A stretch of 64,000 nt of DNA, taken from NCBI GenBank assembly GCA_038319675.1, contig JBBQDM010000001.1:166457-230456 (forward strand). The letters run 5' to 3'. The translations under genes and the position numbers were made by a program. Below are positions 9,545-19,542 of the stretch, piece after piece. Under the pieces are notes generated by a model. That model made no database searches and had not been told where the DNA came from. It saw only the letters and a list, made by a program, of their open reading frames with translations. Source of the DNA: Vicinamibacterales bacterium. Lineage in GTDB: Bacteria > Acidobacteriota > Vicinamibacteria > Vicinamibacterales > SCN-69-37. The first letter of the stretch is position 1; every line of letters begins with the position of its first letter.

Positions 9545-10030
9545 GTGAACGGACTTGGTCTGGTGGCACTTCGGCTGATTCTCGCCGTTGTGTTCATCGC
9601 CCACGGCACACATAAGTTGTTCGGCCTCTGGGCCGGTCCCGCCATTGGCGTGGGTGGCCCCGAGGTCACCGCCCAGATGTTTGGCGCGATGGGCCTGGAA
9701 CCCAATTTTCCGATCGCCGTGTTTGTGGGCGCGCTTGAGATGCTGGGCGGAGTCTTGCTGGCCGTCGGTTGGTTCACCCGCGTGGTCGCGCCCACCCTGA
9801 TCGTCGTGTCGGCCGTCATGATCTGGAAGGCCCATTGGGCCTGGGGGTTCTTCATCAACTGGATCGGCACGCCCGACAGGGGCCAGGGCATGGAGATGCA
9901 CGTCCTGCTCATCGGTGCGCTGCTCTGCCTCTCCCTCACCGGGGCCGGGGAGTGGTCGATCGACGGCTCGCGGGAGAAGAGCGCGCAGGCGCGTGCGGCC
10001 GGCCGCGCCAGGCTGAGGGGTAAACTCTGA
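9545..10030 (+). CDS. DoxX-family membrane protein
   Basis: 161 aa with four hydrophobic helices. LRLILAVVFIAHGTHKLFG is typical of DoxX. GTG start with GGGGG 5 nt upstream. Confidence 0.75.
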   Translation: MNGLGLVALRLILAVVFIAHGTHKLFGLWAGPAIGVGGPEVTAQMFGAMGLEPNFPIAVFVGALEMLGGVLLAVGWFTRVVAPTLIVVSAVMIWKAHWAWGFFINWIGTPDRGQGMEMHVLLIGALLCLSLTGAGEWSIDGSREKSAQARAAGRARLRGKL

Positions 10031-10034
10031 CCGT

Positions 10035-10078
10035 GTGCACCTGAGCACGAGCGCACCAGAGCACCCGAGCACTTGACC
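10035..10078 (+). repeat. About 7-nt periodic G[A/C]ACC / GAGCAC array (array A, 6 units)
   Basis: gtGCACC tgaGCAC gagcGCACC agaGCACC cgaGCAC ttGACC. It lies between the DoxX stop (10030) and the SDR start (10081). Confidence 0.7.
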
Positions 10079-10080
10079 AA

Positions 10081-10821
10081 ATGTTACTGAACGGAAAAGC
10101 CGCCCTTCTCGTGGGCGCGCGGCGTATGGGTGAGCCCTTGGCGCGCGCACTCGCCGAACGCGGCGCGGATGTCGCGCTGTCCTACCGCACATCGCCTGAG
10201 GCAGCGGAGGTCGCCGCAACCGCGGTGCGCGGTGCCGGCAGACGCGCGATGGTCTTGCCCTGTGACGTGCGGGATGTTGATGCGGTCAAAGCCATGGTGG
10301 ACCTGGTCGCGACCGACTTCGGCAGACTCGACGTGCTCGTCGTGATGGCATCCCGGTATGAGCACGTGCCCTTTGACGCCTTGAGCGCGGAGTCCATGGA
10401 CGCACAACTGGCCGTCGACCTGCGCGGCACATTCCTCTGCATGCGCTCCGCAGTGCCTCACATGCGCGCGGCGGGCGGTGGTCGCATGGTGGTCTTCAGC
10501 GACTGGACCTCCGCGAGCGGCCGGCCACGATACCCCGGTTACACCGGCTACTACGTAGCGAAAGCCGGCGTAAAAGCCCTCGCTGAATCGTTCGCACTTG
10601 AACTGGCCCCCGACAACATTCTGGTGAACGCCATCGCGCCCGGCCCTGTGTTGGCCCCAGACACCATGTCGGACGACACCCGCGCCCGCGTCGAAGACGC
10701 CACGCCTCTGGGTCGTTGGGGTGGGGTGGACGAAGTCACAAAAACCGTAATGGCGCTCATCGAGTCCGACTTCATCACCGGCGACACGATCCGCCTGGAT
10801 GGCGGCCGACACCTGCGGTAG
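10081..10821 (+). CDS. Short-chain dehydrogenase/reductase (SDR) family oxidoreductase
   Basis: 246 aa. N-terminal nucleotide-binding region, catalytic YYVAKAG (YxxxK), and PG motif IAPGPV. Confidence 0.85.
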   Translation: MLLNGKAALLVGARRMGEPLARALAERGADVALSYRTSPEAAEVAATAVRGAGRRAMVLPCDVRDVDAVKAMVDLVATDFGRLDVLVVMASRYEHVPFDALSAESMDAQLAVDLRGTFLCMRSAVPHMRAAGGGRMVVFSDWTSASGRPRYPGYTGYYVAKAGVKALAESFALELAPDNILVNAIAPGPVLAPDTMSDDTRARVEDATPLGRWGGVDEVTKTVMALIESDFITGDTIRLDGGRHLR

Positions 10822-10855
10822 TTTGGCAGCACCCGACATCAAGTAGACTCGCGCC

Positions 10856-12304
10856 ATGCAGCGATTCGTTCTGTTGATGTTGGTGACGCTGGCGGCGGTG
10901 CCCGTCGTGGCGCAGCGCGGTGGCGGTGCACAGAACTACGACTACTGGGCGCCGCAGCGCGACATGATTCGCTACGGGCAACAGGCCATCTTCATGTGCA
11001 ATGGCCTGTTCACGTCCAATCGCACGCTCGAACAGGTGTTCGCGCACGAGTTGAAGTTTCTGCCCAACCCGGTCGGCACGCCGCAAGGCGGCGACTACGT
11101 CATCGACAGGGAGCGGAAAGCGGTGGCCATCGGTGCCCCGGGTCGGCCCACGCCGGTGATGCGTGCGGTATTCCGCGACGGGATTGGCTGCGTCATCCTC
11201 GCGCCCAACCAGACGTTCGACGACATCGGCAGTCTTCCGCAATTGACTGCGCCACCGCCCGCCGGTGACCCTGCGACGATCGCATGGCCCGATGGCGACC
11301 TCGTGCAGGAACAGCCACTGCCCGCAGGTGTTGACGCGGCGAAGCTGCAGGCCGCGTCCGACTGGGCGTTTGACAGGTCAACAGCCGAGCAAAACACACT
11401 GAGTCTTCTTGTCGTGCACAAGGGCCGCATCATCCACGAACGCTACGCGGATCACGTGAACATGACGACCCGAACGCGGACGTGGTCTACGGCCAAGAGC
11501 ATCGCGTCCACGCTGATTGGGATGCTTGTGGACCAAGGCAAGCTCTCGCTCGACGACCCACTGCCGATTGAATGGTTGCCACGTGCTCCGACCGGTTCGA
11601 CCGATCCACGCTCCAGGATCACACTGCGACACGCACTGCACATGTCGAGTGGTCTCGAGACGATCGATAACGGCGGGCTTGAGTACGCCACGGGCTCGGG
11701 TATGTCGTACTGGGCGGGCGCGAGTTCGGTGGAAGGCGCGCGCAGCCGCGCGCTGATCCGCGAACCTGGCACCGCGTGGGATTACGAGAACTACGACACC
11801 ATTCTTGCGGTCTACGCGATGAAGCAGGCGCTTGGCAGCTCCGAGGCGTATCTCGCGTTCCCGCGCACGGCGCTATTCGACAAGATCGGCATGCGCAACA
11901 CACTCGTGAGCACGGATCGGTTCGGTGACTTCATCTTCAGCAGCCAGATCTACACCAACGCGCGCGACCTCGCCCGCCACGGCCTGCTCTACCTCAACAA
12001 CGGCATGTGGAATGGCGAGCGCCTGCTCTCGCAGGCGTGGATCGACTTCGTGCGTACGCCCGCGCCGGCGACCAAAGCCCGCGGCAACCAGTACGGCGGC
12101 CAGTTCTGGCTGGTGCCTGATGACCGCATGGATGTGCCGAAGGACGCGTATTCCACCAACGGCAATCGTGGGCAGTTCACGGTGATCGTCCCCTCCCACG
12201 ATCTCGTCATCGTCCGCCGCGGCCTCGACTACGGGCGTCAGGGCTTCAGCCACTGGGAGCTGGCGCGCGAAGTCATCAAAGCACTCGCGCCGCCGGTGAA
12301 ATGA
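10856..12304 (+). CDS. Secreted beta-lactamase-related serine hydrolase (class C / PBP4-like fold)
   Basis: 482 aa. Signal peptide MQRFVLLMLVTLAAVPVVAQ. SxxK nucleophile motif WSTAKSIAS. Confidence 0.75.
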   Translation: MQRFVLLMLVTLAAVPVVAQRGGGAQNYDYWAPQRDMIRYGQQAIFMCNGLFTSNRTLEQVFAHELKFLPNPVGTPQGGDYVIDRERKAVAIGAPGRPTPVMRAVFRDGIGCVILAPNQTFDDIGSLPQLTAPPPAGDPATIAWPDGDLVQEQPLPAGVDAAKLQAASDWAFDRSTAEQNTLSLLVVHKGRIIHERYADHVNMTTRTRTWSTAKSIASTLIGMLVDQGKLSLDDPLPIEWLPRAPTGSTDPRSRITLRHALHMSSGLETIDNGGLEYATGSGMSYWAGASSVEGARSRALIREPGTAWDYENYDTILAVYAMKQALGSSEAYLAFPRTALFDKIGMRNTLVSTDRFGDFIFSSQIYTNARDLARHGLLYLNNGMWNGERLLSQAWIDFVRTPAPATKARGNQYGGQFWLVPDDRMDVPKDAYSTNGNRGQFTVIVPSHDLVIVRRGLDYGRQGFSHWELAREVIKALAPPVK

Positions 12305-12319
12305 GCTCGGAGCTCACGT

Positions 12320-12460
12320 TCAGGCTTTTGGTTCCATCTTCTCGCCACAACACGTGAGCGACCCCTGGCCACCCTTGCCGGCCACCGTCGGTGCCGCCGT
12401 GACTGTCACATGACATCCGCACTTGCTACACGTGTACTGCTCGCCTTGTTTCATCTGCAT
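12320..12460 (-). CDS. Desulforedoxin-like small metal-binding protein (46 aa), not in the ORF track
   Basis: Manual translation: MQMKQGEQYTCSKCGCHVTVTAAPTVAGKGGQGSLTCCGEKMEPKA. It has the CxxCG ... CCGExM pattern of desulforedoxin / the desulfoferrodoxin N-domain. GGAGGAG lies 7 nt upstream of the ATG. Codon third positions are GC-rich. Confidence 0.7.
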   Translation of the reverse strand: MQMKQGEQYTCSKCGCHVTVTAAPTVAGKGGQGSLTCCGEKMEPKA

Positions 12461-12539
12461 TGGTGTTCTCCTCCGCCACAATAGGCGAAGGCGTCGACCC
12501 GCCGATGTGCACTTCCGTACAGGTCGTGGCGAGGCGGTG

Positions 12540-13718
12540 CTACAGGCTGGCGTCCATCGACTCGAGTGCGCCTTCGATTTCGGCCCTGTCCCTGGCGAAG
12601 CAGAAGCGCAGGTAGCCCTCGCCGCGTGCGCCGAAGTCCACGCCCGGCACCGAGCCGATGCGGGCCTTCTTGATCAGAAACTCCGTCATGGCCCAGGACT
12701 GCGACTCTGGTGCGTTGGGCAGCGGCGAGCGCCAGGCCGGATCAATCTGCACGAAGGCGTAAAACGCGCCGGAGGGCCTGACGCCCGTGAGCAATCCGTG
12801 TGACGCTTTCGGCAGCTTCTCGTAGAAGATGTCGCGTCGTGCGACGATCTCGCGCCGGAACTCTTCGATCACGTCCTGTGACCCTTCCAGCGCCCCGACG
12901 GCGCCGTACTGCACGAGTGACGACACGTTCGATGTGGAGCAGAACACGATCTTCTTCGCCCGGTCGCGAATGACGGGGTCTTTAATCGCGAGGTAGCCGA
13001 TACGCAGGCCTGTGATCGCGTAGGTTTTGCTGAGGGTGTAGAGCGGGATGGTCCGTTCGTAGAGCCCGGGCCACGACGCGATGCTGAGGTGTTCGCGACC
13101 ATCGAACAAGAAGTCCTCGTACGCTTCATCCGAGAACACCCAGAGGTTGCGCTCGGTCACCAGGGCCGCGAGAGCGTCGAGGTCTTCGCGCGTGAGCATG
13201 CCGCCGGTGGGGTTACACGGCGTGTTGAGCACGATGGCTTTGGTCTTGGGTGTGATGAGACGCTCGATCTCGTCGATGTCAGGCCGCCAGCCGCGTTCCT
13301 CGTACAGCGGATACGGCACCGCCACCGCCTGCGCGGCCATGATGTTGCTGACGGTGGGCGGCCACGCCGGATCCGGTAGCAACACTTCGTCGCCCGGCTC
13401 CAGCAGCGCGAGGCACGCGATGTACTGCGCGTGGATCCCGCCGTTGGTGACCATCACTTCCTCGGCCCCACCGATCGGAATGCCGTTTTTGGTGCGCATC
13501 TTCTCGACGAGCAGGTCCAGCAGCGGTGGGATGCCCGTTGTCTGCACATAGTGCGTGCGGTTGTCAGCGATGGCCTTGGTGAGGGCGTTTTTCACAGACG
13601 CGGGTGCGTCAAAGCTGACATCCCCCTGATCGAGGCGAAAAGGCTTGTCGACCGAGTACATCATGTCGCGAATACGAATGATGCCGGAGAAGGGAACCGC
13701 GTCAAGAAACTTGGCCAT
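12540..13718 (-). CDS. Class I/II PLP-dependent aminotransferase (aspartate aminotransferase-like)
   Basis: 392 aa. PLP-lysine motif YTLSKTYAITGLRIGY and NPCNPTG motif. Confidence 0.85.
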   Translation of the reverse strand: MAKFLDAVPFSGIIRIRDMMYSVDKPFRLDQGDVSFDAPASVKNALTKAIADNRTHYVQTTGIPPLLDLLVEKMRTKNGIPIGGAEEVMVTNGGIHAQYIACLALLEPGDEVLLPDPAWPPTVSNIMAAQAVAVPYPLYEERGWRPDIDEIERLITPKTKAIVLNTPCNPTGGMLTREDLDALAALVTERNLWVFSDEAYEDFLFDGREHLSIASWPGLYERTIPLYTLSKTYAITGLRIGYLAIKDPVIRDRAKKIVFCSTSNVSSLVQYGAVGALEGSQDVIEEFRREIVARRDIFYEKLPKASHGLLTGVRPSGAFYAFVQIDPAWRSPLPNAPESQSWAMTEFLIKKARIGSVPGVDFGARGEGYLRFCFARDRAEIEGALESMDASL

Positions 13719-13746
13719 TCAGGAGATGATACTAGTCTTGGGAACG

Positions 13747-14352
13747 ATGCCACATCCGAAACACGCAACCACCGACCATGACGTGCTGGACCTGATTCGC
13801 GAGCGCTGGAGCCCCCGGGCGTACGACGCCACGCGTGCGATTCCGGAGCGCGAACTCTGGCGGCTGTTCGAGGCCGCGCGCTGGACGCCGTCCTCACGTA
13901 ACGAACAACCCTGGCGCTTCATCGTCGTTGACAAGATCGCGCATGCCGACGTGCACGCGGCTCTGGTGCCGACACTCAGCGCAGGCAATCAGGCGTGGGC
14001 ACCACTTGCGCCGGTGCTGATTGTCGTGGCGGCCAAGATGACGGTCGGTGGCGCGGGTGATGCCAACCGGCACGCCTTCTACGACACGGGACAGGCCGTG
14101 GCGTACCTGACGCTGCAGGCACAATCACAGGGTCTCGCGTCACGACAGATGGAAGGGTTCGATCGCGTGCGCACACAGGCGATCTGTCAGGTGCCCGCTG
14201 ACTACGACCTCGTCGCCCTGATCGCACTCGGATACCCAGGGTCACCCGATGCGCTGCCTAACGAGAAACATCGCCAAAGCGAACTCACACCACGTACCCG
14301 TCGGTCGGCCGCCGACTTCGTCTATGGGGGCACGTGGGGCACGCCTGCGTAG
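13747..14352 (+). CDS. Nitroreductase-family protein; start uncertain (13726 or 13747)
   Basis: ORF 13645..14352 trimmed because its 5' part overlaps the divergent aminotransferase. DLIRERWSPRAY and NEQPWRF are typical of the nitroreductase fold. Confidence 0.75.
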   Translation: MPHPKHATTDHDVLDLIRERWSPRAYDATRAIPERELWRLFEAARWTPSSRNEQPWRFIVVDKIAHADVHAALVPTLSAGNQAWAPLAPVLIVVAAKMTVGGAGDANRHAFYDTGQAVAYLTLQAQSQGLASRQMEGFDRVRTQAICQVPADYDLVALIALGYPGSPDALPNEKHRQSELTPRTRRSAADFVYGGTWGTPA

Positions 14353-14413
14353 GCCGTCCGTGTCCGTTGCTACTCCGCGTCCTCCGTGCCTCCCTGTGAA
14401 CCTGAGGTCTTGA

Positions 14414-15259
14414 CTACACCAGCGCGAGGATCCGTTCGAGCGTTTGCCTGGTGCCCTGAATGGGCAGGTTCGACAGGTACAGGTGGCGGGCACCGGCTTT
14501 GCGGAGTTCGCGGATCGACCGTGCGCAGATGGCTTCGGCAGAATCGCCAGCCGCAAACTCAGCCGTGAGCTGTTCAGCCGGCACACTCAGGAACTGCTGC
14601 AGGATTGACAACGTCTTCGGGTTCGCGCTGCGGTAATAAAACACACCGAAGATGCCTGGGATCGTGACTCCGGCGGCCTGCTGCTCGGTCAGGAAGGATT
14701 CCACCTTCGGCAAGTCGTGATGTGACACGACCTGCGTCAGAAACAACTCACCGTTGAAGTGGGGATCGGCCAGGTATCCAACCTGTGTGCGCGGGTGCTG
14801 ATGCGGATTCGCCCACCCGCCCAGCGCAAGGTCGGGCACATGCGCGCGGATGTCCTGCCGCAGCTCCCAGGCGTGGTTCACACACCGCGGCGGGCCCACG
14901 GACTTGTCACCGCCCAACACCACCAGCGACGGAAACCCGGCGTGAAGCGCCCGCTCGGCGTATGCGAGGCAATATTCCTTCGTGTGTTTGGTGGTCAGGA
15001 AGGGGATCACGTGATCGCGCGCCACGTCCGTACCCAGGTTGTTCACCAGATGGCGCAGGTTGTTCTCTTCCTTGGCTCCAACGGCGCTGTCAGTGAGATA
15101 CACAAACAGCCCCTGGCGCACGAGGCCACGCACGGCATGGTAGGTGTCAATCCACGCATCCATGCCCGCCGGCGCGTCCAGCTCCGCGCGCGGAGGACGT
15201 AATTCGACCGAGAGCACGTTGGGAGTCGAGTTCAAAGCGTCGAGAAGCGGATTGTGCAC
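14414..15259 (-). CDS. Methylenetetrahydrofolate reductase-like (MetF-family TIM barrel) protein; start uncertain (15259 GTG or 15340)
   Basis: The ORF 14414..15340 overall pattern resembles MTHFR-family proteins (ELRPP, VVLGGD, FLTQVV, IPGIFG). The longest ORF would overlap the divergent gene start, so it was trimmed. Confidence 0.5.
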   Translation of the reverse strand: MHNPLLDALNSTPNVLSVELRPPRAELDAPAGMDAWIDTYHAVRGLVRQGLFVYLTDSAVGAKEENNLRHLVNNLGTDVARDHVIPFLTTKHTKEYCLAYAERALHAGFPSLVVLGGDKSVGPPRCVNHAWELRQDIRAHVPDLALGGWANPHQHPRTQVGYLADPHFNGELFLTQVVSHHDLPKVESFLTEQQAAGVTIPGIFGVFYYRSANPKTLSILQQFLSVPAEQLTAEFAAGDSAEAICARSIRELRKAGARHLYLSNLPIQGTRQTLERILALV

Positions 15260-15285
15260 CGCTCCCAAGTATAGACTTGCAGACA

Positions 15286-16263
15286 ATGGCCACCGCGCTG
15301 GCAACTCTGCGGGCACTCGCCTCCGAGCCGCTCGCACCACATCCGACGCCGGTTGACAGGCTTGATCGCCTGAGACGAGCCCTCGGGCCTGAGTGTCCTG
15401 CGTTGTTCATGAAACGCGACGACCTGCTGTCGTTCGGGATGGGCGGCAACAAGGTGCGCAAGCTCCAGACAGTCCTGGCCCAGGCCCGTGCCGCAGGTGC
15501 CGACACACTCATCACCTGCGGAGGCCTGCAATCCAATCACTGCCGCGTGACAGCCGCTGCCGGAGCCGCACTCGGCATGCGGGTGGTGCTTGTGGTGAAC
15601 GGCATTCGCCAGGAACGTCCTACCGGCAACGCCCTGCTCGACCAACTCTTCGGCGCCGACGTGCGGCACGTGGCCTCACGCGAGGAGCGGTCGACAATGA
15701 TGGTCACACTGGCTGAAGAGCTCGAGGCCCAAGGGAAACGTCCGTTTGTGATTCCACTTGGTGCGTCTACGCCCATCGGTGCCGCTGGCTTCACCCGCGG
15801 GGTCGAGGAACTCATCACCACCGCCATCTCTCCCACCGCCATCGTCCACGCCTCGTCCTCTGGAGGCACGCAGGCGGGGCTGATCGCCGGGTGCGCGTTG
15901 TACGGAGTCAAGGCGCGGGTGCTTGGCATCAGTGCCGACGAGTCGTCGCAGGGCCTGACGGCCATTGTGTCTGGCCTGCTCGACTCGCTGGCATTGCTCA
16001 TCGGCGCATCCCGGACTGCCATTGGCCTCGACAGCCCGATTGACGTGAACGACCAGTTCATCGGTGAAGGCTACGGCATTCCGACACCCGCATCACGCGA
16101 AGCGCTCGAACTCGTGGCTCGTACGGAAGGCATCGTGCTCGACCCGGTCTATACCGCCAAGGCCATGGCCGGGCTTCTCGCGCTTATTCGAGCGCACCAT
16201 TTCACTCAGGACGACCGGGTGCTCTTCTGGCACACCGGAGGTCAGACGGGACTGTTTGCATGA
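15286..16263 (+). CDS. PLP-dependent D-cysteine desulfhydrase / ACC deaminase family protein
   Basis: ORF 15277 (TTG) trimmed to ATG 15286. KRDDLLSFGMGGNKVRKL carries the PLP lysine, typical of this Trp-synthase-beta-fold family. Confidence 0.8.
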   Translation: MATALATLRALASEPLAPHPTPVDRLDRLRRALGPECPALFMKRDDLLSFGMGGNKVRKLQTVLAQARAAGADTLITCGGLQSNHCRVTAAAGAALGMRVVLVVNGIRQERPTGNALLDQLFGADVRHVASREERSTMMVTLAEELEAQGKRPFVIPLGASTPIGAAGFTRGVEELITTAISPTAIVHASSSGGTQAGLIAGCALYGVKARVLGISADESSQGLTAIVSGLLDSLALLIGASRTAIGLDSPIDVNDQFIGEGYGIPTPASREALELVARTEGIVLDPVYTAKAMAGLLALIRAHHFTQDDRVLFWHTGGQTGLFA

Positions 16264-17615
16264 AGTTGACGTTTCTCGGCGCGGCACGTACGGTCACTGG
16301 CTCGAAACATCTGCTGGAGGTGGGTAACACACGAATTCTCGTGGACTGCGGCATGTTTCAGGGCCTCAAGTCGCTGCGCGAGCGCAACTGGGAGCCGTTT
16401 GCCGTGCCGGCGAACTCGATCGACGTCGTGGTGCTGACCCATGCCCACCTCGACCACTGCGGCATGTTGCCGCGTCTGGTGGCGCAGGGTTTTAATGGTC
16501 GTATCTTCTGCACAGGCGGTACGCAGGACCTCGCGCGCATTGTGATGGAAGACGCCGCGCGCATTCAGGAAGAAGACGCCGAACGCGCCAATCGCAAGGG
16601 CTACACCAAACATCGCCCCGCTCTCGCGTTGTATACAAGCGACGAAGCGGCGAAGGCGATCTTGCAGCTGCAACCTCTCGGGTACGACAGGCCGGTGCCG
16701 ATCGCGCCAGGGGTCGAGCTGGAGTTTCACAACGCAGGCCATTTGCTCGGGTCGGCCTATGCACGCATTACGGTGGCTTCGGAAGGCAAGACGATCCTGT
16801 TCGGCGGTGACTTGGGCCGGTATGGTCGGCCTGTGCTCCCAGACCCTGTGCAGCCGCCCAACGCTGATGTCGTGGTGCTGGAGTCCACGTACGGCAACCG
16901 TGTCCACGACCCGGATGATGACGGAGTGCAATTGGCCCGCATCATCAACGACACGGTCGAGCGACGGGGCAAGGTGGTGATTCCCGCGTTTGCGCTCGGA
17001 CGCGTCGAGGAACTGTTGTACTGGGTGCGCATCCTTGAGGAGCGCAAGGCGATTCCGGAGCTGCCCGTTTATGTGGACAGCCCCATGGCGGTGGAAGCTC
17101 TCGAGGAGTATCGCGACCGCACGCATGAGCTGGACGAGGGGTTGCGCAACTTCCTGACGGCGCGTCTCCGTGTGGTGTCGTCCATTGCGCTGTCGCGAAA
17201 AGTCCAGGAAGACGACAAGCCAAGCATCGTTATCTCCTCGAGCGGCATGGCGACCGGTGGACGCGTGTTGCACCACCTGGTGCGTGTGTTGCCTGATGAA
17301 CGCAACACGGTGCTGTTTGCCGGTTTCCAGGCGAAGGGCACACGGGGACGCCTGTTGCTGGAAGGCGCGCAGACCACAAAAATCCACGGCAAGGAAGTGG
17401 CCGTGCGTGCGCACATCGAAACGCTCGACTCCATTTCGGCCCATGCGGACGTGAACGAGATCATGCGCTGGTTGAAGAGTTTTGAGAAGGCTCCATCGCT
17501 GGTGTGCCTGGTGCACGGCGAGCCTGACCCTATGGACGCGCTGAAGGCCCGCATTGAAACCGAGATGCAGTGGACGGTGGCAGCACCGAACCACAGAGAG
17601 ACGATCACGATCTGA
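16260..17615 (+). CDS. MBL-fold beta-CASP family hydrolase (RNA-metabolising metallo-beta-lactamase)
   Basis: 451 aa. VLTHAHLDHCG (HxHxDH), ESTYG and a C-terminal VHGE motif. ATGA start/stop overlap with the upstream gene. Confidence 0.8.
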   Translation: MKLTFLGAARTVTGSKHLLEVGNTRILVDCGMFQGLKSLRERNWEPFAVPANSIDVVVLTHAHLDHCGMLPRLVAQGFNGRIFCTGGTQDLARIVMEDAARIQEEDAERANRKGYTKHRPALALYTSDEAAKAILQLQPLGYDRPVPIAPGVELEFHNAGHLLGSAYARITVASEGKTILFGGDLGRYGRPVLPDPVQPPNADVVVLESTYGNRVHDPDDDGVQLARIINDTVERRGKVVIPAFALGRVEELLYWVRILEERKAIPELPVYVDSPMAVEALEEYRDRTHELDEGLRNFLTARLRVVSSIALSRKVQEDDKPSIVISSSGMATGGRVLHHLVRVLPDERNTVLFAGFQAKGTRGRLLLEGAQTTKIHGKEVAVRAHIETLDSISAHADVNEIMRWLKSFEKAPSLVCLVHGEPDPMDALKARIETEMQWTVAAPNHRETITI

Positions 17616-17616
17616 T

Positions 17617-19512
17617 ATGGAACGACAGTACCTGCTCGAACAAATCGACGAAGCGGCGGTGGTGCAGCTGTATGCGGATGGGTTTTCCGTCTTGCCGCTT
17701 AACGACAAGATCCTGATCTGGCATTTGACGCAGGCGGCGATTGCCGGCCGCGACATTTACTGGGATCAGCGCTATCGCCACAATCTGGCAATGCGCGAGG
17801 TGCTGGAGGCGATCGTGCGCGCGGCCAAGAACGACCCCGGTGCGTTCGACGAGGCGACACTCACCGAGATCCGCCGATACACGAAGCTGTTCTGGATCAA
17901 CACGGGTCCGTACAACAACCTGACAGCGCGCAAGTTTGTGCTGAAGTGCTCCTTCGAGGCGTTTGTGACGGCGGCTGAAGCGGCCGGCCTCACTCGGGCC
18001 GACATCGAGCCTTTGCGTGCGGCCTTCTTCGATCCCACATCCGAGTCCCTGGTCACCAACAAATCCGCCGGTGAGGGGCAGGACATCCTCCGCGATAGTG
18101 CCAACAATCTGTATGCCGGTCTGACGATGGCCGACCTTGAGGGATTTGCGGAACGGTACGGCCTCAATTCGCGACTGGTCAAGACCGAGACCGGTCTGGT
18201 TGAAGAGGTGGCCCGCGAAGGTGGACTGTACGGCGAAGAGATCAGCAACATCGTGCGCCATCTGACGGCCGCGCTGCCGTACGCAACAACGGAGATGCGC
18301 AAGGCACTTGAGGCGCTGATCGCGTTCTACCGATCGGGTGAGGACGTCGATCGTGTGGCGTATGACATCGCGTGGGTCGAGGACAAGGCGTCCCCGGTCG
18401 ATACGATCAATGGATTTATCGAGACGTACATGGACGCCCGGGGCGTGAAAGGCGCGTGGGAGGCGCTGGTCTTCTACGTCAATCCGGAGAAGACCGAAAG
18501 TATCCATCGCCTGGCGGAGTCGGCGCAGTGGTTCGAAGACCGTATGCCCTGGCCGGAAAAATGGCGACGCAAGACGGTGGTGGGCGTCACCGCGCGGGCG
18601 ATCGATGTCGTCATGGAGACGGGCGACTCAGGCCCGGTGACGCCCATTGGCATCAACCTGCCGAACGATCAGTTGATCCGCGAAAAACACGGCAGCAAGT
18701 CCGTGTCACTCGCCAACGTCAACGAGGCGTACGACAAGTCGTTGCCGCCAGCCTACCGACAGGAGTTCTGCTGGACCCCCGAGGAAGTGGCGCGTGCCGA
18801 GCAGTGGGGATCGCTGGCCAGTGAAGTCACCACCGCGATCCATGAGGTGCTCGGCCACGGCAGTGGCGTGGTGGAAGCGCACCTCGGTGGGCGGCCCGAG
18901 TCGGCGCTGAAGGAGCAGTATGCGGGGCTCGAAGAGACGCGCGCCGATCTCGTGGCGTTGTACTTCGTCGGGAACCCGAAGATCGCCGAGATCGGGATGG
19001 TGCCTGCTGAACATCAGACCGAGATCGTGCAGGCCGAGTACGAAGCGTACGCGCGCAACGCGCTCGTGCAACTGCGTCGCATTCGTGAAGGCACCACCAT
19101 CGAAGAGGACCACATGCGGAATCGTCAGGCCATCGTGCACTGGCTGCTGGCGAATACGGCGGCGATCGAAGTGCGTGTGCGCGACGGCAAGACCTACTAC
19201 GTGATGGTGGACGCCGACGCGTTCCATGACGGCGTGGGGCGCCTGCTGGGTGAAGTGCAGCGCATCAAGTCCACCGGCGACTACGCGGCCGCCAAGGCGC
19301 TGTTCGACACCCACGGCATCCACTTTGATCCGGCGTTGCGCGACGAGATCGTGGCGCGCGTCGAGAAGCTGAACCTGCCGTCGTACACGGGTTTCGTGCA
19401 GCCGGAGCTGACGACTGTCCGTGACGCCGCCGGGGCGGTCACCGATGTGACCATCTCGTATCCCCTCAGCCTTGAAGACCAGATGCTGGGCTGGAGTGGC
19501 AGTCCTCGCTGA
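17617..19512 (+). CDS. M49-family dipeptidyl-peptidase III-like zinc peptidase
   Basis: ORF trimmed to MERQYLLEQ (ATG 17617, 1 nt after the upstream TGA). HEVLGH (HExxxH) and EETRADL (EExxAD) are the two M49 zinc motifs. Confidence 0.8.
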   Translation: MERQYLLEQIDEAAVVQLYADGFSVLPLNDKILIWHLTQAAIAGRDIYWDQRYRHNLAMREVLEAIVRAAKNDPGAFDEATLTEIRRYTKLFWINTGPYNNLTARKFVLKCSFEAFVTAAEAAGLTRADIEPLRAAFFDPTSESLVTNKSAGEGQDILRDSANNLYAGLTMADLEGFAERYGLNSRLVKTETGLVEEVAREGGLYGEEISNIVRHLTAALPYATTEMRKALEALIAFYRSGEDVDRVAYDIAWVEDKASPVDTINGFIETYMDARGVKGAWEALVFYVNPEKTESIHRLAESAQWFEDRMPWPEKWRRKTVVGVTARAIDVVMETGDSGPVTPIGINLPNDQLIREKHGSKSVSLANVNEAYDKSLPPAYRQEFCWTPEEVARAEQWGSLASEVTTAIHEVLGHGSGVVEAHLGGRPESALKEQYAGLEETRADLVALYFVGNPKIAEIGMVPAEHQTEIVQAEYEAYARNALVQLRRIREGTTIEEDHMRNRQAIVHWLLANTAAIEVRVRDGKTYYVMVDADAFHDGVGRLLGEVQRIKSTGDYAAAKALFDTHGIHFDPALRDEIVARVEKLNLPSYTGFVQPELTTVRDAAGAVTDVTISYPLSLEDQMLGWSGSPR

Positions 19513-19542
19513 TCGGAGCCGAATACGCACCATCGGAGTAAG

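Noticed and set aside
9464-10219. 251-aa and 199-aa minus-strand ORFs
   Set aside because: They overlap the DoxX and SDR genes on the other strand. Their composition is Arg/Pro/Gly-rich and no motifs were seen.
10829-10842. Possible degenerate copy of the GCACC heptamer motif (CAGCACCCGACATC) upstream of the serine hydrolase gene
   Set aside because: There is only one clear unit, which is indistinguishable from chance.
12305-12319. GAGCTCGGAGCTC between two convergent stops, considered as a terminator hairpin
   Set aside because: Pairing would leave a 1-nt loop. It is just two adjacent self-complementary GAGCTC hexamers, not a plausible stem-loop.
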